Shown here piece by piece: positions 60,000-64,000 of a stretch of DNA of 64,000 nt. A program made the position numbers and the translations under genes. Position 1 is the stretch's first letter; each line of letters opens with the position of its first letter. The stretch is from Oikopleura dioica (taxonomy: Eukaryota; Animalia; Chordata): the NCBI GenBank assembly GCA_907165135.1, contig OU015570.1, positions 2,315,929 to 2,379,928 on the forward strand, given 5' to 3'. Under the pieces are notes generated by a model, which saw only the letters and a list, made by a program, of their open reading frames with translations, was not told where the DNA came from and searched no databases.

Positions 60000-61866
60000 T
60001 TAATAATCGGCGCGATAATTCTCAACGCGAGCAAGACATCATCCGCGATTCACTTTCCGTTTTCCACCCTGTAGATGTCATTCACATTTCCTGCTACCCA
60101 ACAAAACAAAGAAGCGCATGAAATTTGCTTCGTGTTGGGCCGCTGTGCGACCTTCATAATTCATAAAACCATCGTGCTGTTTGTTTACTCTCGCGAATTC
60201 AATGGCATCCATGCCGCCAAATCGTCCTTCGCCTCTCCATTCCTCGAACTGCCAGAAATTGACAGGAATGGAAAGCCTTCCAGTCACATCCGGCATTCGG
60301 CCTTTATTATTTCCCCAAGCCAAGGGCAAATGTGCCACCTGACAAATAAAGCGATTGTCCTTATCGACTTTACAGATCTCCTTGGCTTACAAGCCAGTGA
60401 TGTGATCTTTCTATGATTCACATTTTCGATGCTTGATCGGGCCATAATTATGCGCGAAAGTAAGTCTCAAGAATTTGTCGCCTTTATACACACACGTAAA
60501 AATGTACACGTGACCGACGGTGGTGTCAAATTGTACTCCAACACTGTCATTCATAACTCCACTGTATTCGAGCGGGCTCGAGGTTTGTTTAAACAGAAGC
60601 TCGAGTTCGGTCCGAATTCCGATCTCGGAATTTGGGATTCTTTACAGAATTCAGTCACCACGAAAACCTGCCTGCGAATCTGCCTAAACAACACCCTCGT
60701 GTATCTCTGTTCGTATTAGACTGGTTTATTACGACCACAGTTTAGTGCGACAGAAACATAATACAGACAAACTGCTCGCGAGAGACGAAGGGCTGGAAAC
60801 TGTTTTCTTTAGATCGCGAAAGGAAGTGGCAGTCCAAAAAGACCATACAAACCTCGATTGTCGTGAATTTTGTCGAAGAAATTTTAGAAATGGAACACTG
60901 GCGTAAAATGGAAGATAAGGACAGCTTCTCATGCAAAAGTAGAGACTCAAGAATATTTTATTATTCTTGAGCTCCTCGGCAGTTTGCGCTCGAAAATCAT
61001 CTTTGAGATTTTTCATTAAATGAAAAAGACACGATTTAGAATTCGCGAAAAGATTCTCTTCTGTGAGCTGTTTTTGAATTGCATTGAGTTTGTCCAAAAA
61101 GTCCCTTTTGAAAAGTTCTTATTATTATTTCCTTTGAAAAAATAGCGATATCTTTGTCAAGCCGTTAATTTGCTGTAAATACAGACCGATTGGTCCCTCA
61201 GAAACCGCAAAAGAGGTACCTGATCGGAAATCAAAAATTTCGCAAGCTTCTTACAAAGGGACTTGACCTGCCATGAATTATTTTTTAGCGGATGCCCTTG
61301 GCCTTGCATTAGGGTCCGGCATGATCGGAGGACCTTATTTTTCAAAAGCGAAAATCTTATAGTATTAAGAAAAAAATCTTATGGGATTTAAGGGATTCGA
61401 ATACGGCGAAAAAAATGATAGTGCCAATATTCTAATTCACCGCCGGAATCGCCGATTTCTCTCGGTTTTTCATACTTAAAATGGCTGCACAAACTTCTCT
61501 TTTTCAAATTTTGATGCATTCAGCCCTAAAAATCACAAATCTGCATAAAAAAATCTAAAAAAATTCAAGGTTTTTATGTGCTGTCCATTTGAAAATTATC
61601 CATTATTTATCATTATGTGAAAATTGAGGAGGCGCGCTCTGATTGGCTAAAGAGGAAGACATTCTCAGGAGTTAATTTTGAAGGAAGATAATTCTGAGCT
61701 TCCGCGATTTTGTCATTGTTGATGAAAAAGCTCTTCGTCGATTAAAAAAATTTAGTCCCCTGTCATATAGAAAGCCAAAGTTGCTAAAAAATATCGCCAA
61801 GCTTATCGAAATAATAAGCTTTCTCCTTCGGGCCGTCTCAGCCCCGTTCCTTGATTTTTAACTTTA

Positions 61867-62186
61867 TAAAAGGTTTCGGGACTGGCCAACGCTGCCTGCG
61901 TACAAAAAGACTACAAGTCTAACTCTAAGTGAGCCTTTATTGTGCGTGAGTTGCACTCTAGCGTGTGCATCTCACTGTTGGTGTTGAGAGTAAAATGTGC
62001 GTGTCTAGTTGAGAACAGTTCCAGTTTTATAGGGTGATAATTGTTAGGTGGCGCAGTGTAGAAAGTAATCAATCAACCGGTTTCACCTGTGAAACCGGTG
62101 GTACAAGGAATACAGCGTCGCATTCATGTGTATTCACCCATGACTACGTATGAGACATGAAACGTAAGGTTTCCCGAAACCTTATA
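61867..62186 (-). mobile_element. Solo LTR, 320 bp
   Basis: Inverted termini TA(A)AAGGTTTCGGGA / TCCCGAAACCTTATA and 4-bp TSD TTTA (61863-61866, 62187-62190). TATAAAA and AATAAA on the minus strand. Removing it restores the motif also seen at 6350-6460. Confidence 0.75.
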
Positions 62187-62869
62187 TTTAAGGGGCTTGA
62201 CAAAGGCATTTAACTCTGAGGTGATCAATCTCAGTTTTGTCCCCAACCACACCCACACCCGTTTGCATAAAAATGAAAATAATTCCTATTTCTTAGTTTG
62301 TTATGGTTATCGTCTTAGAAATTTCTTTTTCTCATAACGAAAATTAAAATTTTTCAATAATTCTGAAAGAAATTATGAAAAATTATGAAAAAAAATTTTG
62401 ATTTTAGGTGAATCGATCTCACCACCTCTTGCTTTTCAAGCGAGAGCGCTAACATTTGAGCCACCAAGGGAGGATCCTGGCAGTAATAAAAATCGCTAGG
62501 CGGAGCTGACCAATCAGAGCGCACTTGGCTCTGCATTCAAATTTTCATTAAAGCCCTGAAAAGGGTTGAATCGGAGGTTTTCTGGAGAACCAGTGACCGG
62601 AATTGAATTCCTTAGGGTCGAATTAGTGGAATCGTGAAGTTTCATTGAAATTAAATTTTTTGTCCTAATCATGCCGGACCCTACCTTGCATCGTCCGCGA
62701 TTTTCGGATTTATGAGGATGAAGGCGTCCCTGAGAAATAGCTGATTAATTTATGCAATTTCTTGGCTTTGCACTCAGCTCAGATGTAAAAGTGCCAATGA
62801 AATCAAAAACTGCCAAGAGTCGCGAATGTCTGTTGTTGTGGTCCCGTCACAACAAGAATGAAAATGTTT

Positions 62870-62941
62870 TGGTAAGACTAGGAATCGAACCTAGGACTCT
62901 AGCTACGTAGCGCGGTGTGTTAACCACTACATCCTCTCACC
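62870..62941 (-). pseudogene. tRNA-derived pseudogene or SINE head (ACG in the anticodon position)
   Basis: 72 nt: acceptor GGTGAGA/TCTTACC, D-loop AGTGGTTA and T-arm CTAGG-TTCGATT-CCTAG are intact, but the anticodon stem does not pair. Confidence 0.45.
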
Positions 62942-63327
62942 GGTTGTTTGCTATTTTAATTGGGATCTATGTCACATTTAGTCGATGACTTCACTGTGAA
63001 TTTCCGGAAGTGGAATTTACAGAAATTTTCGACAGAAAAAAACAGGCCTGGGACAAAGCCAAGCATTATGGCTTTGGGAAGTGAAGTGCCTTCCTTAATG
63101 TTGCGAGGCTGGATTGTTTATCATCTTGAAAGAATGAAGAGTATATTAAGTAAGAAATTTTGAAGGTCAAATACCTTCGTTTTCGTTTAAGTTTTGACGG
63201 CGGACGCACTTTCACGATGATTGATCCCTCCCGCATTTCACTGCGGAGACATGAAGGCTAAAATCTGGGTCCATCGAAGTCCCCAAATTTGCTCTTCATT
63301 TTGGCGCACGCGAGATAATCAGAAATA

Positions 63328-63723
63328 TAGTGAAAACTCAAAATTTGCCTATTCTAAATTTGGCCGGTTTTGATCAAAATTGGCTGAATTTTGAATCTGA
63401 AAAAGACTCAAAAATTGGCCGCTTTTCAAAAATTAAAAAATTTGCATCAAAATAGACCCAAATTATGGTCTTTCTGACCATTTTAAGCTATTTTGAAGCG
63501 TTTAAATCATCTAAAATAACTTTATTTTGATAAAAATGACTTAGAACAAGCAAAAAAATTGAATAAAATTCATCAAAAACGTGAAAATCATGCCCAAATT
63601 CGAAAATTTCGAAACTTTGCTTTTTTGAAGAGGAAGCTTGGCTACCCGGCAAAAAACTCAAAATTTGGCCGCTTTTTTCGGAAATTTGGATCTGAAAACC
63701 GGCCAATTTTTGAGTTTTCACTG
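63328..63723. mobile_element. Second, inverted copy of the same Tc1-type MITE
   Basis: Near-identical reverse complement of 13871-14267, TA-flanked. Confidence 0.9.
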
Positions 63724-64000
63724 TATCAAAACTCGAGGAAACTGCCAAAATCAATCTTGACGGCCCTTGCGAAATCGGATTGAGCTCGAATATGAAACTT
63801 TCGAAATTTCTTTTGACTTTCGCCTAATATCACGTGGCGTCAATCGCTACGCGTTGTTGTTCCCCTAATTCTCCCGTTTTTCGGATTTTTAGCCAGAGAT
63901 CTGGGTTACGTAGAGTACCAATTTTCACGCTTTCTTGAAGAAAATTGGCACCCTCGAAATTTCAAAAGTTTTGCCCTTTTGGCTTTTCCAAGGACGAAAT

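Noticed and set aside
60040-61100. Decayed coding region (ORFs 60078..60338 and 60729..61097)
   Set aside because: Multiple stops, no consistent splice model and no recognisable family.
62400-62470. tRNA-Phe-like sequence on the minus strand
   Set aside because: An A-box and a GAA loop are present, but the acceptor and T stems are not recoverable; too decayed to call.
63488-63783. ORFs shared with 13598..14106
   Set aside because: They are translations of the Tc1-type MITE, not genes.

Overview
Eukaryotic, AT-rich, transposon-saturated DNA with no intact ordinary host gene that I can support. The 37-46 nt introns and Tor-like LTR elements suggest a larvacean such as Oikopleura; this is inference only. 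The centrepiece is a complete 30.7-kb Polinton/Maverick-type endogenous virus (26229-56919) with AGTAGT termini, 102-bp TIRs and a 6-bp ATCTCT target-site duplication. It encodes a protein-primed PolB with a VSR-like nuclease insertion, a double-jelly-roll-type major capsid protein, an RVE integrase, an A32-like packaging ATPase and a penton candidate. Unusual features: (i) polB, the capsid gene and most cargo genes are split by tiny GT-AG introns, while neighbouring genes are joined by virus-like ATGA/TAAATG overlaps; (ii) what looks like the terminal-protein domain is a separate gene downstream of polB; (iii) cargo includes two zinc-ribbon/RING-H2 E3-ligase paralogs, a truncated third paralog and a possible Bcl-2-like tail-anchored protein; (iv) no adenain protease was found; (v) a hAT-type element carrying about 44.7 copies of a 56-bp hairpin repeat sits between the start codon and the body of the gene upstream of polB. 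Left of the Polinton, a Penelope-like RT/GIY-YIG element can be reassembled from four pieces split by two nested LTR elements and a Tc1-type MITE, with a decayed coiled-coil ORF upstream. The rest is foldback MITEs, a solo LTR, a pogo HTH remnant and tRNA-like decay. All protein identities come from motifs read by eye; no database searches were run.
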